A stretch of 64,000 nt of DNA, from contig NW_024704742.1 of NCBI RefSeq assembly GCF_018977255.1, positions 127,660,001 to 127,724,000 on the forward strand. Direction: 5' to 3'. Origin of the DNA: Callorhinchus milii (Eukaryota). The notes beneath the pieces were generated by a model, which saw nothing but the letters and a program-made list of their open reading frames with translations, had not been told where the DNA came from and ran no database searches. Below, in pieces: positions 1-11,599 of the stretch (position 1 is the first letter of the stretch; the number at the start of each line of letters is the position of its first letter). Position numbers and translations under genes: made by a program.

Positions 1-269
1 CTTTGAGACATGACCCCACCTGAAAGGCACTTTGTGAAAGCAAATTGTTGTTGTTTCCAGGTGATTTTATATTTTGGATTTAGTAAAAAAGCTTTTTTTT
101 ACAAGAAATGAAGAATGAACAGGACACGCTGTGCCATTAAGTAAGATCACAGGTCTTTCATTGCGTCTTCAGAGGAGGTGTGTTCTGGAGCTCCAATTCT
201 ATGTGCCTGGCAGGTTACTTCTCAGTCTATTCTCAGTCTCATGTCATGGTTACACACTTGTACATAAAA

Positions 270-395
270 CCATAGAACCATAGAAATTGACAGCACAGAA
301 GAAGACCATGTGGCCCAGTGTGTCTGTGCTGGCTCTTTTAAGAGCAATCTTTTTTTTCAGTGCCATTTAGCTGCCCTTTTCCCATACCCCTGTAG
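270..395 (-). mobile_element. CR1 LINE 3' end fragment
   Basis: Tail seen on + as ccatagaaccatagaa, then cagcacagaagaagaccatgtggccc. The same motif occurs at 6815 and 47340. Confidence 0.7.
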
Positions 396-833
396 TTTAC
401 AACACCACATATCCCTCTAATGAAACTAGAGTTTGCATTGCTGTTCATCAGTAATCATATTGATGGCTCTACTTCTTGCAACCTGCAGCATGTGGTGGTG
501 AATCTACTGTCTTTGATGTGTTTTGCTGCGTTTTTTTTCATCTCTGTTAGAAGTTTAAACATGTTTGATACAATACAGCAAGTTGGCATTGGTTTGTGGA
601 GAGAAAAGGCTTGAGTGTGGAGAAAAAAATAATTTCCAGTTATATATATTTTCTCATATTCCCGTAGAGGAGAATTTCCTTTTCAAAAACTTCAGCACTC
701 AGCCCGAGTCCCTTAACTGTGATTCACAGCGGGGAGCTATCACGTGTGAGTCACTTGCTGTTACAATAACTTTGTTGCTCTCCTTAGTGGGACATTCCAT
801 TACAAGCGTGCAATGAAATATTCACCATAACTA

Positions 834-896
834 GGCAACAACGGACGACAACCCCTGTAGTTTTGCTTTTTAATTGACGGATACTATAATCATAGC
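834..896. repeat. 63-bp direct repeat, copy 1
   Basis: ggcaacaacggacg...tactataatcatagc; 62/63 identical to 1436-1498. Confidence 0.95.
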
Positions 897-1435
897 CTTT
901 GGCTCCTAACAAAATAGCCAACATCTGTATTAAGACACTCCTTCCTAATGAAATCCTATTAGCCTTGTTGAGAACTATTACTGAGTAATGTAGAACTACT
1001 GCATTCAGATTGAATAACACATTTTTGTTAAAGGTAGTTGTTCTTCTCACACCACCACCAAAAAACCTGAATTATTCCCAGCTTCCAGCTATCCATTACA
1101 CAGCCTCTAAGGATTTCACATTTCCTCTATTAACTCACTGGAGGTAAAGTTTGCAGCATTTCAAAACTATTGCTGGCATTAACTATTGCCCCCAGGTGGT
1201 AGTACATATGGGTTCCCCATTATTCAGCTCTCCACCATTTTTATTTCATTCTGAAGCGACCATTTCTCATGTTGCAAATTGTAGATCCTAGAGCAATTTC
1301 TAAGTTTTTTTTGTTTAATATTTATTTTTCAGAGTAGATCTGTCGAGGAGGCACCAAATGGGCGAAAAAATCATGTTTTTACAAACCGAGTAGGATAAGC
1401 CCTCAAGCCCCCTGACTTTCGAAATAAAAATGGGT

Positions 1436-1498
1436 GGCAACAACGGACGAAAACCCCTGTAGTTTTGCTTTTTAATTGACGGATACTATAATCATAGC
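1436..1498. repeat. 63-bp direct repeat, copy 2
   Basis: 62/63 identical to 834-896. Confidence 0.95.
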
Positions 1499-1762
1499 TG
1501 GATTTGAAAGAGAGAAATAAGTATTTCAACTTGTGAGTATAAACACTGGCATAGACTAGTTGGGCCAAATGGCTGGTTTCCATGCTGTATAATCTAAATA
1601 TATCTTGTGAGTGCCCACAAAATACACACTTTACAATATATCCTGTGAAGCATTTTGAGCTGTCTTGACAACATGATAAAGTGCTATATCAAATGCAAGG
1701 ATTATTATTATTTATTATTGTGTAAAATGTTTCTCTCAGTTGGATCCAAGGAACTAATGACC

Positions 1763-1988
1763 CAGAATTTCATCTTGTCTTAGTGAATAAGACGATTTTG
1801 TGTTTAGATTTAAGATAACAGATAATTGCGGAAACCTCTTTACTTCAGCATTACTTCGGAAGCAGTCTTTCTGCTGTTGTGAAAATGTAACCAGCTTCTA
1901 CATTAAGACCAAATTTAAGTTTCTACAAATCTTTATAATCCTAAATATTAAGGCCATATTGTCTCAAATGCTAAAACTAGGTGGAACT
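1763..1988. mobile_element. old palindromic MITE-like element
   Basis: Ends cagaatttcatcttgtcttag / ctaaaactaggtggaact are imperfectly inverted and resemble the ends of 2553-2809. Confidence 0.45.
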
Positions 1989-1989
1989 A

Positions 1990-2510
1990 GGGAAGGTAGA
2001 GAGGAGGGAGGGTGACTGAAGACATGATCGAAGAGGAGGGTCTTGAGATCGGCCTTCAAGGAGGCAAGTGAGGAAGTGAAGCGAAGGGACTGCGGGATCG
2101 AGTTCGAGAGTGTGGGGGCAGAGAGGCTGAAAGCCCGGCCACCGATGGCAGGACGAGTCGGGCGGGAGACATGGCTGAAGCCCGCTGAACGGAGGGAGCG
2201 GGCAGGTTGGTAGGGAGTCAGCAGGTCAGAGAGGTAGGAGGGGGCAACGCCATGAAAGTGAGGACGAGGATCTTGAATTCGATTCTCTGAGGGTTTCTCT
2301 GCCGAGCCTGGTGCGTGAGAGTACATGAGCTGCAGAGTTTTGGATGATCTGCAGCTTGTGAAGGGAAGAGTTGGGAAGGCCGATGAGGAGGGAGTTCCCG
2401 TAATCGAGCCTTGAGGTGATGAATGTGTGGTTGAGGGTTTCGGCATCCTGAGGGGTGAGGCAGTGGCAGAGTCTGGCAATGTTGTGGAAGTGGTGGTAGG
2501 CCGGTCATGG
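1990..2510 (-). mobile_element. L2 LINE ORF2 C-terminal fragment
   Basis: Minus-strand peptides QRIEFKILVLT, HGVAPSYLSDLLTPYQPARSLRSA and TLLFDH, typical of the L2 ORF2 C-terminus. Confidence 0.85.
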
Positions 2511-2552
2511 CGCAGATGTGGGGTATCTCATGCACTGAGATAGCTGAAGACC

Positions 2553-2809
2553 AAAATTCCACCTAGCTTTAGCCTGGAAGACCATTTTCTCTTTCAATCT
2601 AAGCATGTGTAGAATTATAATTATCATTAATAATAATAATTGTTGGGGAAATTCATACATTTGTTCTTAATTTGGAAGCTGATTTTCTACAGTTCTTAAA
2701 AAGATCCGGTTTCCAAATTTAGACTGAATTTCAGAATTTTCCACAATTCTGCACAATCTTAAATTTGAAGAGAAAATAGAATTCCAGGCTAAGATGAGGT
2801 AAAATTCTG
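2553..2809. mobile_element. old palindromic MITE-like element
   Basis: Left arm aaaattccacctagctttagcctggaa...ttttctctttcaatctaag pairs with right arm cttaaatttgaagagaaaa...ttccaggctaagatgaggtaaaatt. Confidence 0.6.
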
Positions 2810-2859
2810 TCCCTCCTCCTCTGAAGTCAAAGCCAAAGCCTGAAAAACAAACAAATGTG

Positions 2860-3170
2860 GGTCCCTGGTTGACAGTTAACAGCTGTAATGAAAATGGCAT
2901 TTTGTCATCATTTCTAATTATTATTTTTAATTCACAAATTCTTTCTGTCTAATCCCATGAGCCAGGCAGCGATGACAAAATGCCAGCATTCTCAGCATGC
3001 TGTAAGTGAGCGTGCAGTCTGCCCAAACCTCGGGCAGAACGAGACCTGAAGCTTTGCACATACAAACGAGCAGACAGATTCACCCGTGAATTAATCAAAT
3101 CACAGAGAAATAGCACTCTTGCTCCTGTCTAATCATGCGATACTAACAGTAATGCTGGGTATAACAAGAG
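2860..3170. promoter_or_regulatory. candidate conserved non-coding element/enhancer
   Basis: Repeat-free block with many TAAT cores, a TGACAG site, two ctgtctaatc copies and retained CpGs. Conservation not testable here. Confidence 0.35.
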
Positions 3171-4398
3171 TAGATTTCTGTTTGGGTTGGACTGGGTTAT
3201 TCCCGGCAATGTGCGAGCGTGCGTGAGTGTGAGTGTGTGTGAGTGTGAAGCAGTTCTCTGCAGTATTGCTATTCAATGGGAATAAAGGCAGCTTTTATCT
3301 GAAAGAAATCTGAGAACTCCAGTGGGAATCTTTTCCAGTACAAAACCCTGAGGCCTACCATTAATGTAAACCATCAATTATCAACAGGTCTCCATAGGCA
3401 AGAACTGGTAGAAAAGTAGATGTCTATCGAGACAGGATCATCATATGGTTCACTGAGGTTTGCAATGACAATTTTCCTTATTGAGTACTATACTTCATTT
3501 ATCTTCACCGTAGCATGGAAAGCACCCTGGATTTTCCTATATTTATTTGTGTATTGGAAGGAAAAAAGGTTACATTAGAGGCAAGCACTGTCACTCACAA
3601 GCACAAATTATGGATATTATGGATATGCCCAAAGTGGAGAATATCCTGAATATCTGAATTGTTAGATTCCTCTGTGCAGTCCTGTGGCATCTCAAAGTGC
3701 CTTTGTGAGCACATTTATACTTTGTGACTTACTTACAGCATGCTGAGAATGTCTCAATCTGTGAAGCTCTGTGTTAAAGTGCTATATCAAATATAAGGAT
3801 TATTATTATAATTGCCACTCTATGTCTTCCTCTCTTACTGCAGAGCAGATCAATTGGCAGGAAATCCGTTCACCTTACATTGTCACACCATGATAACAAT
3901 ATTATAATAATTATAATAATTAATCATTACATTTAATATAGCACCTTTCACATTGGGAGGATTTCTCAAATTACTTCACAGGTACTGTATCTTGTAAAAT
4001 GTAGCTACTGTTGTTATTGGTGGAAGAATATCTCCAGGTCACCAGGGACACACTTCGCAAAACTGGATAAATAATTTATGTAAACATCAAAGATAAATGC
4101 TAACCCAACAACCAAGATAGTTTCTCCTCCCTTGAGCTAGCCAACAGTCCCCGAAATAAAATTGGTCATTCATTTCATGTCTTTTTGTGGGACATTGCTA
4201 TGTACAGATTTGCTGTCGTATTCACCTACAAAATAACACAGTCACTACACTTTACTGTAATTCTTGTGAAGCACTTTGAGATGCTTTCCCAACTTAAAAG
4301 GTGCTACACAAAATGTAAGGATTATTATTATTGTTATTATTTATAATGGAACATGTTCTGGTTGATACTTCTTTAGGTTTGGGAATACTGAAAATTCT

Positions 4399-4717
4399 TA
4401 ATAATAATAATCCTTGCATTTGATCTAGCTCCTTATTATGTAATTGAAATGACTCAAAGTGCTCAAGGTTGCATCTATTGTAAAGACTGTGCACTTTGTG
4501 GGCGAAACGCAGCAGCCAATTGCGCACAGCGGTGGATTAAGTGACCGCATTCTTTTTATTATTTTTTTAAAGGGTTTTAATACCCTGGAGGCAATCCCCC
4601 AATCAACTAATAACTGGGTTCCTGCTTACTGCTAGATAAACAGAGACATGTGCAGCATGCCCGGAAATTGGACGCGCTTGCGAGGTGAATACTCTAACCA
4701 ATACTCTACAGGACTCC
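4399..4717 (-). mobile_element. tRNA-derived SINE (abundant family, long form, degenerate)
   Basis: (TAA)n tail on +, caattgcgcacagc core, and 5' end ...tacaggactcc. Confidence 0.85.
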
Positions 4718-5502
4718 ACTGGCAAAATTGGATCCTATGGACCAGCACTCCAATGGCATAATCCATGAGCCAGACCTTAAGGTGTGATGCAGCCATTTTC
4801 TTAGTGAGGCCATCGGGGCAGGGGGAGGGGGTTTACCTCCAACACATCTGTGAACCAATCAATATGTTAATTATCATAAATTGCTAATTTCAATGCATGT
4901 CTTAATTAGCACCATTGTTAACGCATCACACACCGCAAAATGCATCCCTCTATTTCATTTGTTTTCAATGCTCTGATGTTAGAAATTGTTTTCCAACACC
5001 CGCCCGTAGCATTCGTTCATGATTTCAATGCCATAAAAATGAAATGAACAAAGAACAAATTCACTAAATTTACTAAACACGTTTACATGTTAAGCGTTCG
5101 TCTTGTTGAAATATCCTTCTGATATGTAAGACCTATAGACGCTCTCTATCAAATGCAATTATTATTATTATTATTCCCCTCTTCATTTAAGTGCTAAAAT
5201 ATGAACTGTAGCAGAAACAGATTAGCAACATAGTCACTGAAGAATGCACCATTCACAACCTGAATTTGCAAAAATAGTGATTCCAAATTGCAAATAGTGA
5301 TTCCAGTTGGTAACCCAATGAAAGTCACATCAAACTGCACAAATTCTGCAAATTCTTGCAGGAATGGAATGCTTCCATGAGTGGAATTCCTACGGATTGG
5401 GTGACACACCTCCAGTTACTGAAAGGAGCTGCTATCACGGTGAACATCGCATTAACTCATTCATAATATCATATGGACAGTAGCTGCTCTTACCTCAAGG
5501 AT

Positions 5503-6050
5503 GTCAGCCTGGCTCACTTGGTGGCACTCTTGCATCTGAAGTAGAAGGTTATGGCATTCAAGTCCTTTGCTGAGAGTGCACTGCATTATTAGAGTTGCTG
5601 TCCTTCTGATAAGAGGTTAAACCAACGTTCCATCTGCCTGTTCAGGTGGATGTTAAAGATACTCTCCAGGACGCTACCCCGCATGAAGGGCATTATATAA
5701 ATGCAAGTTGTGGTTGTTGTATGTTAAAGTTCCCATGGCACTATTCAAAAGAGAAGGGAGTTATTTCCAATATGGCCAACAATCCTCCCCTTAAAATTGA
5801 ATATTCACTTCATGGCTGTTTGTGGGATATTGCCTTACGCAAATTGGCTGTCATACTCACCTACAAAATACACAGTGACTACACTTTACAGCAAATAACT
5901 GGTGCCTAGACAGCAGTTTCACTAATGGCCTAATCTGTTTCACAGACCTGTTATATATAAATAAATTGTATTGTAAATCCAGTGAAACCCTTTGAGATGT
6001 CCTTCTGATGTGAAAGGTGTTGTGTCAAATGCAAAGATTCTTCTTATTTT
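5503..6050 (+). mobile_element. DeuSINE (SacSINE1/AmnSINE1-like), with nested L2 tail at 5659-5720
   Basis: tRNA-like head, Deu-domain-like gataagaggttaaacc...ctgcctgttcaggtggatgttaaag...cccatggcactatt, and SINE tail. Confidence 0.8.
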
Positions 6051-6426
6051 TACTAGCTTATAAGGATTACACTTACAGAAGAACAGTTTGCTTTGCATTG
6101 ATAAAGTTTTAGCTAATTATTAGCCTGCAAGTTTTGTGAATGAGAGTGGTACCTTTCTGCTGAGATATATTATACTGGGAGTTGTGCAAAATTATATTGG
6201 AGTAAAGTTTGTGGTAATTAACACAAATGTTATAAAGCACTGGAAAGGTTACTCCTTTCTATGCATTTGTAATAATATAATGGGATTCAAGAGATAGAGT
6301 TTAATATTTATTACTTTGAGTAATTCAGCTGGTTATTCTTATTCACAAAGCTATGGAACTCGAACCAGCCATGGAAGGCTGAACCTAGCCACTAACCAGA
6401 AGCAGAATGTAAGTGTATATGTTACT

Positions 6427-6630
6427 GGATTGAGTGACCAATTTTTTTTTAAGGAGTTATTTCCCCAGGAAAAGCGATCCGCCAATCAACTAACATCCGG
6501 GTTCCTACTTACTGCTAGGTAAACAGGCGGGTGGAGTAAGGAAACTTGCCCAACATTTTGCCCTGCTGGGAATTGAACCCAGGTCTCTCGCTTGCGAGGG
6601 GAGCACTCTAACCACTGAGCTACAGGACTC
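6427..6630 (-). mobile_element. tRNA-derived SINE, 5' half (long form)
   Basis: Reverse complement of gagtcctgtagctcagtggttagagtgctc...gggttcaattcc...gggcaagtttcc. Confidence 0.9.
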
Positions 6631-6814
6631 ATCATCATGATGATAATTTAGTTATGCCTGAAAGACCCCTAAAAAATGCAAAAAAATGCCACCCTCCGCC
6701 AGCAATGGAAATATCAAAAGTATCCCAAACATTAAGCTGACATGATCCAGTGCGTTGAAAATTTTCTGAACTGATAATGGAATCACACATCCCATTGCTT
6801 GCTTGTGCCACCTC

Positions 6815-6980
6815 TCCATAGAACCATAGAAACTTGCAACATAGAAGAAGGCCATTTGGCCCATCATGTCAGTGCTGCCTCTTTTAAGAGCAATGCTTTC
6901 AGTCACATTTACCTGCCCTTTCCACATACCACTGTAGTTTACTCGTTTTTAAATGTTTGTCTGGTTACCTTTTGAAAGCT
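6815..6980 (-). mobile_element. CR1 LINE 3' end fragment
   Basis: ccatagaaccatagaa tail, then gaaggccatttggccc. Confidence 0.7.
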
Positions 6981-7542
6981 AATATCTCCTGTGGCTGAGA
7001 TTATTTTGAAGGCTTATATCAAACTGACTCAATAAGTGAGCTGCAAACAGCTCACACAGCCCAAATGACAGTGAAAATAATTCTGCTTCCACATAATAAG
7101 TCTTTGTGGAGGGGCAAGAATGAAGAGGAAATGTTCTGATTCCTGATAGTTTTATTCACAAAGCTTCTGCAATTCATTCTGAAACCCTTTGACAAGAAAG
7201 AAATGACTATGAAACCGAACTGCATTTTTTTTTAATAACAAATTTGAAATTAATACCCCAAAGTTTATTTTTTGAAGTCTAAATTAATTTTTCTGCTGCT
7301 GGGTTAATGTTGAATGTTATTACATAAATTACACTAAGAACACATACAATGTTGCTGCAAATGTACATGCAGGATAACAGATTGCTGGCAGTGAATTGCA
7401 AGGCAGAAATTAAATAAACAGCATTTCTGCAGTTAAAAGTAGTCACAAGATTGTTTGAGAGTGTTACAAATGTCATCAGATCTGGGCGATTGAGTTACGG
7501 GCTTAAATTCACTACCAGCTTTTATCGTGTGTTTACAGTGGC

Positions 7543-7905
7543 TTTTTTTTTTGCTTGGCCAGGTGTCTGACACTTGTGGAAACCCATCACCCTGCTTAAG
7601 AGTATCCAAGTCAAGATGAGATTTCCATACATCCCACCTATACATGGAAATCCCAGAGATAGATTGTTGGAATGTCATGCGCACTCTCCCCCCGGAGGGA
7701 CACATCCTGCTTTACCTAATTCTGGTTTTAGCGCGGGTTGGAGTCTAAGAGCTGGAGTCTAACCAGCTAAAACCGCATAGGTTGCCATTGATATCACTGT
7801 CTGGCAAGCTTTCCCACTGCTTGTCCAGCTAGGACAACCCTACCCATTAGGGCTTTGGCTTGCAGGGTTAACAGGACCTGAATGGGATGACTCCCTGCCC
7901 CCAGC
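7543..7905 (-). mobile_element. unclassified poly(A)-tailed interspersed repeat (copy 1)
   Basis: Shares ggtgtctgac..gaaacccatcacc..gcttaagagtatcc and the aaccctgcaagccaaagccctaa block with five other loci; T-run at the fixed end. Confidence 0.75.
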
Positions 7906-8219
7906 GGCTTTTTAAATACAATTGAAAGTATCACTTCACACTTTTCAGTGTATAGTTTTAAAACACAAGTAAACTTTTTGTTACCTGGAGCATACTGAGT
8001 GTGATAGGGGTAGCATAACATGGAGGAAAATGTCAGAAGCACTTGGCATCATACATGCAGAATTTAACAGTGTGTCTGTTAAAACAGTGTTGGTTGGCTA
8101 AGATAAATCTTGTATCTTTTATGAATGGGAGATGGTCTCTGCTCTCTCAGCTAAATGTTTGAAAGGAAGCAGCAAGTAATGAATCGAATCAGGGAGACAA
8201 GTCAGGAGATCTGTATAGC

Positions 8220-8690
8220 ACTGTGAAGAAGTCACATTACAAAGATGTGAATCACCATTGATGAGGTTCCAAACAGGCTAGAAATAAGCAAATATGATTC
8301 TCATAGTCATGAACCAGAGCTGGTAACAATAGACCCATTAGCCTCAACAATAGACCCATTAGCCTGACCTCAATCATTGAAAAAAGTGATGGACTCAATC
8401 ATCAGAAAGAAATTGGAAGCTTACCTGTATAAAAATAATCTAATAAATGATCAGAAAGGGTAGATCTTATTTGACCAACTTCATAGACTTTCTGATGGTG
8501 ACAGCCAAAATTGGCTATGGGCAGCAATATAACACAGTATCTCTAGACTTTCAAAAGACATGTGATAATCTACAACACAAAAAAAAGCTTGATGCTGTGG
8601 TGAATAAGCGGTAGTATGGGTAAGTGTTCCGATGGATGAGATCAGATGGGCCAAAGGGTCTTATTCATCCAGATTGATCATATGATTTTG
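8220..8690 (+). mobile_element. CR1 LINE fragment with internal deletion
   Basis: RPISLTS-like and LDFQK-like codons joined directly to a KKLDAV-like ORF2 end and 3' UTR; 21-bp tandem duplication at 8325-8365. Confidence 0.65.
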
Positions 8691-9679
8691 TGAGGCATAT
8701 GGGTAAGGGGTATAATGAAAAGCCACAGCATTGAGATTACAAACTCCATCAAGATCTAATAAACCAGTGCAACAGGCTCGATGGACTGAAAGGCCTCCTC
8801 CTATTCTGATTGTCCAATGTATTGAAACTCAGAACAAACTTTGCCTTGTATTCAGCTTTACCTGGCATTTGTTCAGCAGAGTTACAAGAATGTTATAACA
8901 GGGGTCATGTGGTGCAATTTCCGATTATAATCCTACTCCTTTTCATATCACGAGGATGTCCCAAAGTGCTTCACAGGTCATACTGTTAAGTCCGGTGACT
9001 GTGTGTTTTGTGGATGAATAATTACAAAGATACAACAAAAAGATCAGTTTTTGAGGTAAAGATTAAGGTATATATTTTGAAACTCTACATTGTATATTTC
9101 CTCTGCTGCACCAGAAGTGATAAAGGTCCATTTTGTCATTGTTCAATTATAATTCATTTTATGTTTTTATGTTTTTCACATATATAAAATAATTCAGAAA
9201 GACTAAGAACTTTACTGAAATAAAATATTTACGTCTTGCATTTACTTTGAGAAGTTTGCTGTAGTTCAACAGCATATTCCTCATAATTAAAGACATACAG
9301 TTACAGTGATTTAATTCAGTTCTGTAATTCGACTCTTAACATTTCTACCAAAGTATATAAGTATATGTGGAGTAAACCCTGCCTTTATGCATGTAACATT
9401 CAAAGTGAGTGTAGTGCTGCCAGCTGCGTTTGTGTCTAAATTACACTAGAAGCTTGGCTGTAATGTCTCGTAAGTTAAACCATACTCGTAAAGACTAAAC
9501 ATTTGGAATGAAATGTTATCTTATATTTCACAACATTTAGAAATACTGCGGGCAATTTTCTTCCTGTGAATAAAGTTAGGGGGAGTTTGGATGAGGGAGG
9601 GATATTAAATTAACCAGGATAACTGGGAGAAACTTCTCAAGCTTTTTTGAAGTAGTGGGACAGGATCTTTCAACGTCTA

Positions 9680-9890
9680 TAATAATAATAATAATCCTTG
9701 CATTTGATATAGTGAGTGCCTTATCAACTTGTTGAGACACCTCAAAGTGCTTCACAGAATATACTGTAAAGTGAATTGACTGTATATTTGTGGGCAAAAC
9801 AAGGCAGCCAATTGCACACAGCAGTGTCTCACAAACAGTCGTGGATTGAGTGACCAAATTATTCTTTGTATTTATTTTTTTTGGAAGGAT
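9680..9890 (-). mobile_element. tRNA-derived SINE, 3' half
   Basis: (TAA)n then tccttgcatttgatat...gcagccaattgcacacagc. Confidence 0.85.
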
Positions 9891-10289
9891 TTCAACATCT
9901 GTCAATGTTGATTTAAAGACTGATATCAATGGCAAAGGACGATGGAAGACCTAGGCATTGATGCAGTAGTTTAGCCATCGCTATGTTATGTTGAACAATC
10001 CAAGTATTTCCACTACCTCAGAAATGGTGAGAGGTTTCTGTGAGCTAAGTCATGTGCTGGGACAACTGGCTTCTCACACTGACCAGAATTCCTCAAGATG
10101 AGATGAGATACACCAATGGAACGAGGAATAACATTTAACACACTTGGAAGGATTTAACATTCTCATTTAACATACACATTTGCAACTCAATGTTTTTCAG
10201 AAATGCAATTAGAAATTGATGCAACTTAAATGCCATGCTAGGCTCTGTGTGGCTTCCTGGGTGGGTCAATTGGTAGCAGCCTTGCATCT

Positions 10290-10680
10290 TCAACAACAAC
10301 AACAACAACAAGATTCCATTTATAGAGCGCCTTTCACGTTGGGAGGACGTCCCAAGGCGCTGTACAGTTGGGTCAGGACCTGAGCAGGTGGGAAATGGTC
10401 AGGGTGAGGGGAGGGAAGGGAGGCAGCGAGGAGGGGGTAGAGAGTCGAGAGGGGAGCTGAAGGCTCGGTCAAAGAGAAAGGTCTTGAGACCGGCCTTGAA
10501 GGAGGAAAGGGAGGAAGCAAGGCGAAGGCACTGGGGGATAGAGTTCCAGAGTCTAGGGGCTGAGAGGCTGAAGGCCCGGCCACCGATGGTATGGCGGTTG
10601 GTGCGGGGGATGTGGAGCAGACCGGAGCCAGAGGAATTGGGGGTACGGGCAGGTAAGTAAGGGGATAGTAGGTCGGAGAG
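10290..10680 (-). mobile_element. L2 LINE 3' end (young)
   Basis: (CAA)n tail and gcgcctttcacgttgggaggacgtccc stem; near-identical inverted copy at 18095-18452. Confidence 0.9.
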
Positions 10681-11077
10681 TCCACGCGGGACTGCGTCTC
10701 AGAGCGCTTCACAGTAACGGATCCTGGGGCCGAGCCAAAGGGAGGGAGAGGAAGGTGACCAAAGGTGCGGTCGAAAAGAAAGGTCTTCAGCCAAGACCTG
10801 AAAATAGGAAGAGAGGGGGCGAGGTGAAGGGAGTGAGGAAAGTAGTTCCAGAGCCTCGGGGCATAGTGGGTGAAGGCACGGCCGCTAAGGATGGAGCGGA
10901 GGACTCGGGGGAAAAGGAGGAGGCCAGACCTGGTGGAATGAAGGCAACGGGTACTGTTGTGAGGAGAGAGGAGGTCAGAGAGGTGGGGGCTGCAGAAGAG
11001 TGGAGGGATTTGAAGACAAGGGTGAGGATTTTGAAATTGATAATCTCTGGGACAGGCAGCCAGTGCAGTCTGGCAAG
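10681..11077 (-). mobile_element. L2 LINE 3' end (second subfamily)
   Basis: Matches 30010-30287 in reverse; encodes HWL..FKIL-type ORF2 C-terminus. Confidence 0.85.
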
Positions 11078-11360
11078 GACAACAACATCAACAACAACAA
11101 CAAGATTACATTTGTATAGCGCCTTTCACGTCGGGGGACGTCCCAAGGCGTTGGACAGTGTACAGCATTTCAGACCCAAGCTGGGGTCAGTCAAGGGGGG
11201 AGAAGGGAGGGGAGGGGAAGGTGGATGGCCGATGGCATGGTCGAAGAGGAGGGTCTTGAGGTGGGACTTGAAGGAGGCTAGGGAGGCAGGGTGACTAGGG
11301 GATGGAATTCCAGAGGTTGGGAGCAGAGTGGCTGAAGACTCTCCTGCCAATGGTGGGGCG
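11078..11360 (-). mobile_element. L2 LINE 3' end (third subfamily)
   Basis: (CAA)n tail; matches 19560-19830 and 48400-48670 in reverse. Confidence 0.9.
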
Positions 11361-11599
11361 GATGCTATATCAAATACAAAGATTATTAGTATATGGCTGT
11401 ATGTGGGGCTTTGCAATGTGCAAAATAACTGCCGCGTTTGCCTACTGAAACATTACATTTAATAGTTATTATTGTGAAACCCTTTGAGACCTGTCAACAT
11501 AATATGTGCTATAATATTGCATTATTTTAATGTTTTTTTCTACTGGGTATATGAGATACTGCTTTCTCTGGCCAACCATGTACTTCTCTCACCATGTTT

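Noticed and set aside
1186..1203. CTCF-like ccacctgggggca (minus strand)
   Set aside because: Mismatch at a core position and no supporting context.
8325..8365. 21-bp tandem duplication
   Set aside because: Ordinary slippage within a dead CR1.
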